From: an uncultured Phycisphaerales bacterium
GTDB taxonomy: Bacteria > Planctomycetota > Phycisphaerae > Sedimentisphaerales > Anaerobacaceae
Direction of reading: 5' to 3'
Assembly (NCBI GenBank): GCA_963718665.1
Contig: OY970359.1
Coordinates: forward strand, 800,001 to 864,000
DNA: 64,000 nucleotides
Position numbers and translations under genes: made by a program
Notes under the pieces: generated by a model
Told to the model about the DNA's origin: nothing
The model's database searches: none
What the model saw: only the letters and a program-made list of their open reading frames with translations
Shown: positions 29,141 to 38,691 of the stretch, piece after piece
Layout: every line of letters starts with the position of its first letter
Numbering within the stretch: position 1 is the first letter of the stretch

Positions 29141-29332
29141 CCCGTACTGTAAAAACATTCGCCCCACCCGTCAGGCCGCCCTCTTGTATGACTTCAAAAG
29201 CCTACCAAGATGCTCCCAATATAGGAATCATATCGCGGAACCAAAGGAAAGGCGACCAATTTCAGCAAAATAAGTTGCTTGTAAGTTCAGGTGTTCTTAA
29301 AACTTAACGTCGGATGAGTTTTTTTATAGTAC
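29141..29332 (+). repeat. Repeat A copy 11 (full length)
   Basis: cccgtactgtaaaaacattc...cggatgagtttttttatagtac. Confidence 0.92.
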
Positions 29333-29378
29333 TGGAGAACAAAAACTGGTGACTGTCCCCACGGATGACCGAAACGGC

Positions 29379-29618
29379 TTAAAGAACTTCTTTCCAAACA
29401 GGTAGCAGTAGCAGGTCAGCAAGGAGAATATGTGAATGGCAATCATTATTCTCACATCTATAGAAATAATTGCCTTTCCCTTGATTCTCTCTTTCTGGTT
29501 TCATTTTTTTCTTACACACGGGACAACAAGGAGGAGTTAGCGATTTGAAATCATCCTCTGAAAGAAAAACAGGTCTATCGAAGTTTTTACATTGTTGGCG
29601 TTTACATACGACAACCAC
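29379..29618 (-). CDS. Small Cys-rich (zinc-ribbon-like) protein, possibly 5'-truncated by the IS end
   Basis: CKRQQC, CPVC, CENNDC; starts 2 bp from the IS TIR. Confidence 0.45.
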   Translation of the reverse strand: MVVVCKRQQCKNFDRPVFLSEDDFKSLTPPCCPVCKKKMKPERENQGKGNYFYRCENNDCHSHILLADLLLLPVWKEVL

Positions 29619-29620
29619 CC

Positions 29621-29764
29621 TGTCCTACTCAAAAATTCGAACTTGTTTAATTTCAATGACTTATGTAAACTTCCTGAGTCGTTGTTAAGATTCGATATTA
29701 CAGCAATATTCGGGAGGAATCAATATTGAAAACCCTTACAAAACTCATTTTTGAGTTATTCAGC
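29621..29764 (+). mobile_element. Isolated IS left end with the first codons of the transposase
   Basis: tgtcctactcaaaaattcgaacttgtt..atttcaat.acttatgtaaact matches 17003 onward; MKTLTKLIFELF resembles MKTLCMLIVDLF. Confidence 0.85.
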
Positions 29765-29768
29765 TTAA

Positions 29769-29842
29769 TAGCGGGGGGAGGATTCGAACCTCCGACCTCC
29801 GGGTTATGGGCCCGACGAGCTACCAGACTGCTCTACCCCGCG
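29769..29842 (-). tRNA. tRNA-fMet (CAT), CCA not encoded
   Basis: CGCGGGGTAGAGCAGTCTGGTAGCTCGTCGGGCCCATAACCCGGAGGTCGGAGGTTCGAATCCTCCCCCCGCTA; unpaired C1, GGG/CCC anticodon stem. Confidence 0.96.
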
Positions 29843-29895
29843 GTCATTCAAAAAATAATACCACCAAACTGCCTCTCCAGCAAGAATAAAACCGG

Positions 29896-30312
29896 TTACA
29901 GATTTTTCCTGATTTTATCGGCAATTATTTCTACCTGACCAGGTCTGTACTTATATGAAGGCCACTGCGCAAAAACGCCATCACCTATCTTACGCGGCAC
30001 TATATGAAAATGCAAATGGTCAACAACCTGCCCCGCAGCCCTGCCGTTATTGCATAGCACATTATATCCATCAGCGCCGGCTGCCAAAGCGACCGCGCCG
30101 GCAATTTTGCCCAAACGAGTCCAAATTTGTCCCAGCAGTTCAGGCGGACAACTATGCACTTTTTCAACATGCTGACGAGGCATCACGAGCGTATGGCCAT
30201 CGCTGATTGGACCTATATCGAGAAACGCCACGACAACCTCATCCTCGTAGATTTTAGCTGCTGGTATCTGGCCCGACACTATCTTGCAGAAAATGCAATC
30301 CTGAACGCCCAT
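29896..30312 (-). CDS. HIT family protein
   Basis: DCIFCKI, GHTLV, HLHFHIVPR. Confidence 0.95.
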   Translation of the reverse strand: MGVQDCIFCKIVSGQIPAAKIYEDEVVVAFLDIGPISDGHTLVMPRQHVEKVHSCPPELLGQIWTRLGKIAGAVALAAGADGYNVLCNNGRAAGQVVDHLHFHIVPRKIGDGVFAQWPSYKYRPGQVEIIADKIRKNL

Positions 30313-30346
30313 TGTCTGACTCCCTCACCGAATAATCAACAACGGC

Positions 30347-30838
30347 TTACTGCTGTGCGCCGGCCGCGGCGGTTTTGGCCTTTTTGCCGGCTTTGGAGTG
30401 CTCACCTTTTTCGCCCTTATGCTTTTTCTCAACATGCTCAGAGCCGACCAACTGAAGCAAAACCAGCTCGCCGTTATCACCCAGCCGTCTTTTCGCCAGG
30501 TGAATAATTCGCGTATATCCGCCTTTCCTGTCCAAATACCGCGGACCAAGCTCACTGAACAATTTGCCGATAATCGTGCCCTTGCGAACCTGCTGACCTT
30601 CTTCATCCTTGAATATGTTACGGTCGCCCAACTGCGAAATTGCCTGCCGTCTTGCCGCCAATGTCCCTTTCCTGGCCAGTGTAATCAGCTTCTCGGCAAA
30701 ACCTTTTACTTCCTTTGCCTTTCTAATGGTCGTCGAAATCGTCTCGTGCTCAAAAAGCGCTACCGCCAGATTGCGACGTAACGCAATGCGATGCTCGCTT
30801 GTTCGACTTAATTGTCTGCCTGCGACTCTGTGACGCAT
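30347..30838 (-). CDS. rplQ: 50S ribosomal protein L17
   Basis: MRHRVAGRQLSR, GGYTRII. Confidence 0.97.
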   Translation of the reverse strand: MRHRVAGRQLSRTSEHRIALRRNLAVALFEHETISTTIRKAKEVKGFAEKLITLARKGTLAARRQAISQLGDRNIFKDEEGQQVRKGTIIGKLFSELGPRYLDRKGGYTRIIHLAKRRLGDNGELVLLQLVGSEHVEKKHKGEKGEHSKAGKKAKTAAAGAQQ

Positions 30839-30915
30839 AAACTTAAAAACCCCTTTCCGCTTTCGGCGGATAAATTACCGCCTCGCCGTCAAAACGCGAA
30901 GCTAAATACTCAAAA

Positions 30916-31914
30916 TCATTCTATTCCAGTCATTCCCAGCGACAAGCCGAGGTCCGCGAGCTTTCTCTTGACTTCGCGCAAGCTGGTTTTGCCGAAACTG
31001 CGAACCTCAAGCAGTTCCGCCTCTGTCATTTTGGCAAGCTGCCTGACGGTTTCAATTTTAACCGATTCGAGACAGTTGTTCGCCCGAACTGAAAGCTCAA
31101 GCTCCTGTATAGGCATATTCAGTTTGGTCTGCATTTCTTCGCCAACCTTGGGCTGCGGCTGGTCAACCGCAATATCGCCTGACACTGTTTCAGTTCCTAT
31201 TTCGCTGTACTGCACAAACGGATTGATGTGTTTGCGCAGAATCTTGGCTGCCTCGACCATCGCCATATCCGGCGTAATTGCCCCGTTAGTCCATATTTCA
31301 AGTATCAGCCGGTCATAATCGGTCTTTTGTCCGACTCGAGTATCCTCTGTGATGTATCGCACCCTGGTAACTGGCGAATACGCCGCATCAATCACTATTC
31401 TGCCGATTTCCTGCTCGTATCTGTCGGCCACTGCAAGCCGTTCCGCAGCGGGCACATAACCACGGCCGCTTTCAACCACCATCTCTATCTCGAAATTCAC
31501 GTCTTCTGTCAGGGTGGCTATCACTTTGTCCTTATCAATTATTTCTATCGCGGGGTCGGCAACGATATTGGCCGCGGTCACAACGCCGGCTTTATTGGCC
31601 GTAACCTTCATCATCTTCGGCCCTTCCGTCTGAAGCCGGACCGTCAGATTCTTGATGTTCAGGACAATATCCGTCACGTCTTCCATTACGCCCTTTATCG
31701 AGGTAAACTCATGGTCGACCCCCGCTATCTTTATGGAAGTAACCGCGCTGCCTTCAAGCGAGCTGAGCAAAACCCGCCTCAAGCTGTTGCCGATTGTCGT
31801 GCCCAAACCTCGCTCGAACGGCTCGACATAAAATTTCCCATATCTGTCGTTCGCTATCTTACTGTCGCGCTCGACACGAGTCGGTAATTCAAGACCACGC
31901 CATGTAATTCGCAT
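30916..31914 (-). CDS. rpoA: RNA polymerase alpha subunit
   Basis: EPFERGLGTTIGNSLRRVLLSS, LSVRANNCL; GAGGAGG RBS before MRITW. Confidence 0.98.
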   Translation of the reverse strand: MRITWRGLELPTRVERDSKIANDRYGKFYVEPFERGLGTTIGNSLRRVLLSSLEGSAVTSIKIAGVDHEFTSIKGVMEDVTDIVLNIKNLTVRLQTEGPKMMKVTANKAGVVTAANIVADPAIEIIDKDKVIATLTEDVNFEIEMVVESGRGYVPAAERLAVADRYEQEIGRIVIDAAYSPVTRVRYITEDTRVGQKTDYDRLILEIWTNGAITPDMAMVEAAKILRKHINPFVQYSEIGTETVSGDIAVDQPQPKVGEEMQTKLNMPIQELELSVRANNCLESVKIETVRQLAKMTEAELLEVRSFGKTSLREVKRKLADLGLSLGMTGIE

Positions 31915-31945
31915 ACTGGCCTCCTCAAAATCAGCCAATTCAAAC

Positions 31946-32578
31946 CTATCTCGAACAGAACTCAACAACCAACTGCTCCTCTACCGGGATTTGAACATCA
32001 TCCCTTGTTGGTACCGCCACTATCGTCGCCTCCGGCTTATCACGATCAAGCTGCAGCCAGCCCTGGGTCGTGAAATTCGGATTCAGCGCCAATTGCTGTT
32101 TAATTTCCTTAACGCTCTTTTCTGAACCTTTTACCGTAATCTTGTCGCCAACATCCAGGCTGAAATCCGGCAAATCAACCTTGTGTGCATTGACAAGAAT
32201 GTGCCCGTGAGTAACCAATTGCCGGGCGGCCTTCCGCGACGGCGCAAAATTCAATTTGTATATCACGTTATCCAGGCGTCTTTCCAAAAGCTGCAGCAAC
32301 ATCTGGCCGGTGTTGCCTTTCATCCGTTCGGCCTGGTGGAAATACCGTATAAACTGACGTTCCCAAATGCCGTAGTACCGCTTCACTTTCTGTTTTTCAT
32401 GAAGCCGGACTCCGTATTCGCTCGGCCGCCCCCGCCGCCAGCCATGCATTCCCGGCGCCAGATTCTTCTGCTTTTTCTCCACCGGGCATTTCGCCGTCTC
32501 ACACCTGCCGCCTTTAAGCATCAGCTTGATGCCTTGTCGGCGGCAATTCTTACAAGATGATCCAAGATAACGTCCCAT
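31946..32578 (-). CDS. rpsD: 30S ribosomal protein S4
   Basis: EKQKVKRYYG, LERRLDNV, ARQLVTHGH. Confidence 0.97.
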   Translation of the reverse strand: MGRYLGSSCKNCRRQGIKLMLKGGRCETAKCPVEKKQKNLAPGMHGWRRGRPSEYGVRLHEKQKVKRYYGIWERQFIRYFHQAERMKGNTGQMLLQLLERRLDNVIYKLNFAPSRKAARQLVTHGHILVNAHKVDLPDFSLDVGDKITVKGSEKSVKEIKQQLALNPNFTTQGWLQLDRDKPEATIVAVPTRDDVQIPVEEQLVVEFCSR

Positions 32579-32640
32579 TTGTTCCCGCTAAGCTCCTAAT
32601 ATATTCTAATTAAAAACATTGTTTCTATTTACCAATAAAA

Positions 32641-33022
32641 CTACACGCGCCTGCGTTTAGACGGTCTACACCCGTTATGAGGCAGCGGCGTAACGTCTTC
32701 AATTGACGATATACGCAACCCCGCCTGCTGCAGTGCGGCAATCGCTGATTCACGTCCCGGGCCGGGGCCTTTCACTCTTACCTCGACCTCGCGGACTCCG
32801 TTGCGCATCGCAGTGCTGGCCGCACGCTGGGCCGCCTGTGAGGCGGCAAACGGCGTGCTCTTACGACGCGCCTTTGAAGCCGACGCAACCGGCGGAACTG
32901 GTGCAAATCGCGCCGCCTTCAACGTCCGTTATCGTTATCAGCGTATTGTTGAACGACGCCTTTATGTGAACAATCGCCTTTGCTATGTTCTTCCTGACTT
33001 TACGTTTTACCACATTTGCCAT
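32641..33022 (-). CDS. rpsK: 30S ribosomal protein S11 (1-nt insertion near 32867)
   Basis: [12 protein letters not shown]...GFKG in one frame, RKSTPFAA...[12 protein letters not shown] in the next. Confidence 0.95.
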
Positions 33023-33063
33023 TATTCAAAAAACTCCGCGAATAAAATTATGAAAATAAAAAA

Positions 33064-33450
33064 CTATCCTCTCATTTCCTTCACGCCCTTCTTCCCGGCA
33101 ACGGTCTTCCTCGGCCCTTTGCGCGTCCTGGCATTGGTCCGTGTCCGCTGGCCGTGAACAGGCAGTCCTTTTCTGTGACGAATGCCCCTGTAACAGCCAA
33201 TATCACGCAAACGCGCGATATTTTGAGTTACCTGCCTGCGAAGCTGTCCGCCGACGACGTAACTTCGCTCGATAATCTGTGTTATTCGGCTCAACTCATC
33301 TTCGGTCAGCTTGCCGGCAGGGGTATTTACATCAACCTTCGCCTCTTTAAGAATTTTCACGGCGGTGTACCTGCCTATGCCGTAAACATAAGTCAGCGCA
33401 ATCCACATCGCCTTCTGATTCGGAATATCAATACCAACTACACGCGGCAT
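33064..33450 (-). CDS. rpsM: 30S ribosomal protein S13
   Basis: [26 protein letters not shown]. Confidence 0.97.
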   Translation of the reverse strand: MPRVVGIDIPNQKAMWIALTYVYGIGRYTAVKILKEAKVDVNTPAGKLTEDELSRITQIIERSYVVGGQLRRQVTQNIARLRDIGCYRGIRHRKGLPVHGQRTRTNARTRKGPRKTVAGKKGVKEMRG

Positions 33451-33491
33451 ATCTGCTCCTTATAAATTGCCTTTGGGCCGTGACCGCCAAG

Positions 33492-33605
33492 CTACCCTTG
33501 TCTCTGTTTATGACGGGCGTTGCTGCAAATCACGCGCACTACGCCTTTACGACGCACAATCTTGCAATTCTCACAAATTCGTCTTACTGAGCTTCTTACT
33601 TTCAT
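33492..33605 (-). CDS. rpmJ: 50S ribosomal protein L36 (not in ORF track)
   Basis: Manual translation [37 protein letters not shown]. Confidence 0.97.
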   Translation of the reverse strand: MKVRSSVRRICENCKIVRRKGVVRVICSNARHKQRQG

Positions 33606-33644
33606 TTCCTAAATCCGCCTTGTAAAAAAAACGACACTAATCGT

Positions 33645-33860
33645 CTAATTTCTCAAAACAATCCGGCCCCTGTTCAGGTCGTATGGCGACATTTCAACCG
33701 TTACCATATCGCCGGGCAGTATCCGGATAAAATGCATCCGCATCTTGCCGGAAACATTCGCCAGAATCTGATGCCCATTCTCGAGCTTGGCCCTGAACAT
33801 CGCATTCGGCAGCGCTTCGAGCACTTCTGCCTGCAATCTTATTGCGTCTTTCTTGGTCAT
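33645..33860 (-). CDS. infA: Translation initiation factor IF-1
   Basis: [23 protein letters not shown]. Confidence 0.97.
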   Translation of the reverse strand: MTKKDAIRLQAEVLEALPNAMFRAKLENGHQILANVSGKMRMHFIRILPGDMVTVEMSPYDLNRGRIVLRN

Positions 33861-33863
33861 ACG

Positions 33864-34649
33864 TTATTTTAACTTTAACGTCAAAACTTCACATCCGCGA
33901 CCGGTTATTGCTATCGTATGCTCATAATGAGCCGAAAACTTCCCGTCAGCGGTTACAACTGTCCAGCCATCCTTAAGCGTCCGAACATTGCCAACGCCGC
34001 AGTTAATCATCGGCTCAACCGCCAGAATCATTCCTTCCGCCAGGACTATGTCGTTGGCCAACAGCTCTTTGCTGACGAAATTCGGCACTCTCGGCTCTTC
34101 GTGCATCTGGGTTCCGATTCCGTGCCCGACAAACTCGGTCACAACCGAAAAGCCGGCCGACTCAGCCATTTTCTGCATTTCGCCCGCTATTCTACTCCAG
34201 CGAACTCCAGGGGCCGCCATTTTTATCGCCAAATCAAGCGTCCCTTTGGTGATATTCATCAACCGGCGATGTTCATCGGATATTTCGCCGATAGCGACCG
34301 TAACAGCCGCATCGCCGCAATACCCTCGAAGCCGAACGCCGAAATCGATACTCAGGATATCGCCTTGTTTAAGCGTTACCTGTTTCGATGGTATCCCGTG
34401 AACCACCTGCTCGTTAATAGAAGCACAAATCACGCCTGGAAACGGCATTTTCGCATACGGGCTGCAAACCCCCTTAAACAAGGGTTGTGCTCCCGCCTGC
34501 GCGGTCATATCTGCCGCCACTTCATCCAGGTAAGCTGTGCTCACCCCGGGTCTGGCAATCTCTTGCAATTTTGAAAGAACATCGGCTACAACGACACCTG
34601 CATCCCGCATCAATCCAATTTCACGTCTGCTGCGAAGCGTTATAGCCAT
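33864..34649 (-). CDS. map: Methionine aminopeptidase type I
   Basis: SINEQVVHGIP, GHGIG, MHEEP, SAHYEHT. Confidence 0.97.
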   Translation of the reverse strand: MAITLRSRREIGLMRDAGVVVADVLSKLQEIARPGVSTAYLDEVAADMTAQAGAQPLFKGVCSPYAKMPFPGVICASINEQVVHGIPSKQVTLKQGDILSIDFGVRLRGYCGDAAVTVAIGEISDEHRRLMNITKGTLDLAIKMAAPGVRWSRIAGEMQKMAESAGFSVVTEFVGHGIGTQMHEEPRVPNFVSKELLANDIVLAEGMILAVEPMINCGVGNVRTLKDGWTVVTADGKFSAHYEHTIAITGRGCEVLTLKLK

Positions 34650-34664
34650 TTAAAAAACCACACA

Positions 34665-35312
34665 CTACGCCAACGGGGCCAATTTACGGAATATCAGGTC
34701 CCTTACGTTTTCTGCTTCTTCGTTGGCGTCAATGTCAAATACAGTATTCTTTCGCTTATAGTAATCAACCAACGGTGCCGTTTGCTCGTTATAATTCTTC
34801 AGCCGGGTTATAACAACCTCAGCCGTATCATCAGGTCGCTGCAAAAGCGAACTACCGTCCTTGTCGCATTTCCCGTCAACACGGGGTTTCAAATTCTCAA
34901 CATGATAAACCGCGGCACATTTCGGGCAAATCCTTCTGCCGGTTATCCGCCGGACAATAATCTTCTCATTCACCTGCAGATTCAAAACCGCGTCTATTTT
35001 CTGTTTCTTGCTCTCAAGCGCCTTGTCAAGGTCCGCCGCCTGCTTGACCGTGCGAGGAAAACCATCCAGCACGTAACCGCCTGCCGGCGCCCTGGCGATT
35101 TCATCAATCATCATATCAATAATAATATCATCCGGCACTAACGCCCCGGAATCCATATAACTCTGCGCCTTTTTACCCAGCACTGTGCCCTTCGCCCTGT
35201 GACGCCTGAGTATGTCGCCGCTTGACAAATGCAGCAAACGATATTTTTCAACTATATACTTGCACTGCGTACCTTTGCCGGCACCAGGAGCACCCAGCAG
35301 CACAATTCTCAT
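34665..35312 (-). CDS. adk: Adenylate kinase (zinc-lid type)
   Basis: GAPGAGKGTQ, LDGFPRT, CPKC...CDKD. Confidence 0.97.
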   Translation of the reverse strand: MRIVLLGAPGAGKGTQCKYIVEKYRLLHLSSGDILRRHRAKGTVLGKKAQSYMDSGALVPDDIIIDMMIDEIARAPAGGYVLDGFPRTVKQAADLDKALESKKQKIDAVLNLQVNEKIIVRRITGRRICPKCAAVYHVENLKPRVDGKCDKDGSSLLQRPDDTAEVVITRLKNYNEQTAPLVDYYKRKNTVFDIDANEEAENVRDLIFRKLAPLA

Positions 35313-36673
35313 GAGTACGCTCCTTTTATCCTGCCGGTCTCGCTGAATCCCTCATAGCTGTGCATAAGCAAGCTGGCTTCGATTCTCTGAACGAGGTCAA
35401 GCGAAACACTGACGACAATCAATAGCCCCGTCCCGCCCAAAAACGTTGCCACTCGCCAGTCAACCCCCAGAAGTACCATCACCACCGACGGCACAACCGC
35501 GATTACGGCCACAAATGCTCCGCCATAATATGTTACCCTGGTCATTACCGTCTCAAGATATTCCGCAGTTCTGCGCCCCGGGCGTAATCCGGGAATAAAG
35601 CTGCCCGAATCACGAAGGTTCTTCGCAAGGTCTTTGGGCTGGAACTGAACGGAAACCCAGAAGTATGCGAACAGGAATATCAGAACCATATATATGATGT
35701 TGTAGGTGAACGCGTGTGGGCGCAGCGCATTTTGGAGTGCTATAAAGAACCCTGAGCGCCCAACCGCCTCTATACGTGCCAGTTGAACCACAATGACCGG
35801 CAAAAAGGACATAAAAGCCGAAGCAAAGATAATCGGCATCACGCCGCCGTGGTTTACACGCAAAGGCAGGTAATGTCTCTGGCCGCCATACATCCGGTGG
35901 CCACGCATCATTTTCGCCTGCTGAACGGGTATGCGCCTTTGCCCCTGTGTTATCAGTATCGCCCCTGCAACGACAAACACAAACGCTCCGATAAGAAACA
36001 GAACCTTCGTCGGACCAATGCTGCCAGCAGGCGTAGCTACGTCAAATGAAACGCTTTTCGCAAGCTTGTGTAATGCCCAGGGCATACGCGAGATAATTCC
36101 GGCCATAATAATCAAGCTTATACCATTGCCTATGCCGTATTCGTCAATCTGCTCACCGAGCCACATCAGGAATATTGTCCCGGCGGTCATACCGACGATG
36201 CCCATAATCGCCGCCTGAACTTGCATCCCCGGATACATAAATCCTCGCATGCCCAGCAGACGCATATACATCAATGCCTGAATAATGCAAATCGGCACCG
36301 TCAAGTACCGCGTGTATTCCTGTATCTTCTTATAGCCGGTCTGCCCTTCCTGACGCAGCTTTTTCAACGCCGGCACTACTTCCTGCACCAGCATCAAAAT
36401 AATCGACGCCGTGATATAAGGCATAATACCAAGGCCGAACAAGCTGCTGTTGTCAAGGTTGCCGCCTGTGAACATCTGCATCATTTCGGCCGCTCGTCCC
36501 AGCGGGCTTTCCGTATCACGGGCGCCTGCCGCATCCGCTATCGCATTGATATCAAACCCCGGTATCGGGATATGAAAACCTATGCGATAAATGCACAACA
36601 TGCCCAGCGTGAACAACAGTTTGTTCCGCAAATCAGCTATCTTGAATATATTGACTACTGTTTTAAGTATCAT
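35309..36673 (-). CDS. secY: Preprotein translocase SecY
   Basis: LGIMPYITASII, GIGNGISLII, FIPGLRPG, GGTGLLIVV. Confidence 0.97.
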   Translation of the reverse strand: MILKTVVNIFKIADLRNKLLFTLGMLCIYRIGFHIPIPGFDINAIADAAGARDTESPLGRAAEMMQMFTGGNLDNSSLFGLGIMPYITASIILMLVQEVVPALKKLRQEGQTGYKKIQEYTRYLTVPICIIQALMYMRLLGMRGFMYPGMQVQAAIMGIVGMTAGTIFLMWLGEQIDEYGIGNGISLIIMAGIISRMPWALHKLAKSVSFDVATPAGSIGPTKVLFLIGAFVFVVAGAILITQGQRRIPVQQAKMMRGHRMYGGQRHYLPLRVNHGGVMPIIFASAFMSFLPVIVVQLARIEAVGRSGFFIALQNALRPHAFTYNIIYMVLIFLFAYFWVSVQFQPKDLAKNLRDSGSFIPGLRPGRRTAEYLETVMTRVTYYGGAFVAVIAVVPSVVMVLLGVDWRVATFLGGTGLLIVVSVSLDLVQRIEASLLMHSYEGFSETGRIKGAYS

Positions 36674-36718
36674 CGTTCTATCGACCGACAACAATCCTCA
36701 AAATTTGTGAACAGCACG

Positions 36719-37162
36719 CTACGCAACCTGCACCGTTCCTCCGCAACCAGTAATTTTCTGCTCGGCGGCCTTGCTGAACTTATGGGCCGTAACCTGCAAA
36801 CGTTTAGTCAAAGCTCCGCCTCCGAGAATCTTTACCTTGCTTGTGCTTCTGTCTATCAGGCCTACGTCTGAAAACTGCTGTAAACCAACGACGCTGCCGT
36901 CTTCAAATCTCTCTAACTGCGAGACGTTCACAACCTCATACCTATGGGCGAACTGGACGTTACTGAAACCCCGCTTGGGCATACGCCTGAAGATAGGTAT
37001 CTGTCCGCCTTCTCGGTTCCCTGATCTGTCCGCGCCCGACCTGCTCAAGCTACCCTTGTGCCCCCGGCCGCACGTCTTGCCGTTACCGCTGCCAGAACCT
37101 CTGCCCAGACGCTTACGCGATTTATGTTTACCCGCAACAGATGTTATTTGCCACTCGTACAT
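36719..37162 (-). CDS. rplO: 50S ribosomal protein L15
   Basis: GRGSGSGNGKTCGRGHKG, EGGQ. Confidence 0.97.
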   Translation of the reverse strand: MYEWQITSVAGKHKSRKRLGRGSGSGNGKTCGRGHKGSLSRSGADRSGNREGGQIPIFRRMPKRGFSNVQFAHRYEVVNVSQLERFEDGSVVGLQQFSDVGLIDRSTSKVKILGGGALTKRLQVTAHKFSKAAEQKITGCGGTVQVA

Positions 37163-37168
37163 CTATAA

Positions 37169-37687
37169 TCACCACCTTTTTACCGGCTGCACTTCAACGC
37201 CTCTAAGCCGCTCAATCACTTCCTTGGTGCGCAGCTTCATCAAGCCGTCCATCGTGGCCTTAAGAACATTTTTGGCTGACGTGCTGCCATACACCTTCGT
37301 TAGCACATCCTGAACACCCGCGTATTCCAGCACCGCTCGTGCGCTCAAACCGGCGATAACGCCTGTTCCCGGACTCGCCGGAACTAATGTTACCCGCGTC
37401 GAGCCGAATTTCCCCATCACCTGATGAGGAAGCGTGCGACCCGTAAGCGGAACCTTACGCAGGTCCTTCTTGGCTTCTTTTATGCCTTTTTCCACCGCCT
37501 GCGGAACCTCGTTGGCCTTCGCGTAACCGATGCCGACTGTTCCTGCACGGTCACCAACCACCACCAAAGCCCCGAAGCTGAACCTTCGCCCGCCTTTTAC
37601 TACTTTGGCGCAGCGATATATCTTTACCACCGTATCTTCAAACGGCGACTCTTCACGATCCATCGGTCTACCTGGTTCTGCTGCCAA
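37169..37687 (-). CDS. rpsE: 30S ribosomal protein S5
   Basis: [19 protein letters not shown]. Confidence 0.97.
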   Translation of the reverse strand: MAAEPGRPMDREESPFEDTVVKIYRCAKVVKGGRRFSFGALVVVGDRAGTVGIGYAKANEVPQAVEKGIKEAKKDLRKVPLTGRTLPHQVMGKFGSTRVTLVPASPGTGVIAGLSARAVLEYAGVQDVLTKVYGSTSAKNVLKATMDGLMKLRTKEVIERLRGVEVQPVKRW

Positions 37688-37722
37688 TTTTTTTCTCCAG
37701 AATTACCGTGTTACTATTGTCT

Positions 37723-38088
37723 TTAAAATGCCAGTCCTGCTTTTCTGGCTGCGTCCGCCAAACTTTTTACTCTGCCGTGATATTTATACGATCCTCTGTC
37801 AAAACACACACACTTGATGCCCACGCCCATCGCCTGCTTGGCAATCGCCTCGCCAATTATTTCCGCCGCCTTCTTGTTGCCCGTCTTGGCGATTTTGTCG
37901 CGCAGCGTTTTCGACTTGGTGCTGGCTGAAGCGAGAGTCAGGCCCGCAACATCGTCTATGACCTGGACGTATATATGCCTGCTCGAGCGGAATACCGATA
38001 ATCTCGGCCGCTCAGGCGTTCCATTCAATTTTTTGCGCACATGAAACTTACGTCTCCGTGCGGCCCTTTGTACATTTTTCCATCTCAT
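37723..38088 (-). CDS. rplR: 50S ribosomal protein L18
   Basis: [21 protein letters not shown]. Confidence 0.97.
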   Translation of the reverse strand: MRWKNVQRAARRRKFHVRKKLNGTPERPRLSVFRSSRHIYVQVIDDVAGLTLASASTKSKTLRDKIAKTGNKKAAEIIGEAIAKQAMGVGIKCVCFDRGSYKYHGRVKSLADAARKAGLAF

Positions 38089-38109
38089 TACTTATCAACC
38101 AAACCTTAA

Positions 38110-38691
38110 TTATGCTGTGCCTGAAGTAAATGTCTTGCCGACCTTGCGTTTCACAACTTCACCTGAGAAACGAATTCCCTTGCCCTTATACGGTTCGGGT
38201 GGTCTTACCTTACGCACGTCCGCGGCAAACCTGCCCAGAACGCATTTATCTACCGACGTCAAGGTGAACTTCGCCGGCGTATCATCGCCCCTGGTTGCCG
38301 CCACGTCTATTTTCACTTTAATGCCCTTCGGTATTTCTATATCTATTGGGTTGGCATAACCTACCTGAAGGACCAATTTGCCGCCCTGCTCCTTGACGGT
38401 GTAGCCGGTTCCGAATATTTCGAGCTTCTTTTCGAACCCTTTGCTGACACCTTCAACCATATTGGCCAATATCGCCCGCATCGTCCCGTGAAGCTGCTTG
38501 TCTTCCCGTATCTGCGGGTTCTTGTTACCGACCACGATGTTACCCGTCGCGCTGTCGAGCTTGACTTCTATCTGCGGACGGCAGGCAATTTCAATATTGC
38601 CTAACGGCCCGGAAATCTTGACCTGTCCGCTCTTCTGCTCGAACTTCACGCCGGAAGGAACACTTATTGGTTTTTTACCTATACGACTCAT
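38110..38691 (-). CDS. rplF: 50S ribosomal protein L6
   Basis: MSRIGKKPI, PEPYKGKGI. Confidence 0.97.
   Translation of the reverse strand: MSRIGKKPISVPSGVKFEQKSGQVKISGPLGNIEIACRPQIEVKLDSATGNIVVGNKNPQIREDKQLHGTMRAILANMVEGVSKGFEKKLEIFGTGYTVKEQGGKLVLQVGYANPIDIEIPKGIKVKIDVAATRGDDTPAKFTLTSVDKCVLGRFAADVRKVRPPEPYKGKGIRFSGEVVKRKVGKTFTSGTA

Noticed and set aside
609..29332. Repeat A as a CRISPR array
   Set aside because: Units are up to ~190 bp, separated by 0.3-7 kb of mostly coding sequence, and no cas genes are present
609..29332. Repeat A as canonical integron attC sites
   Set aside because: No consistent RYYYAAC...GTTRRRY ends or full-length palindrome, no intI in the window, and modules are multi-gene and in both orientations
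29726..29938. 70-aa ORF spanning the tRNA
   Set aside because: Chimera of a transposase start and the antisense of tRNA-fMet
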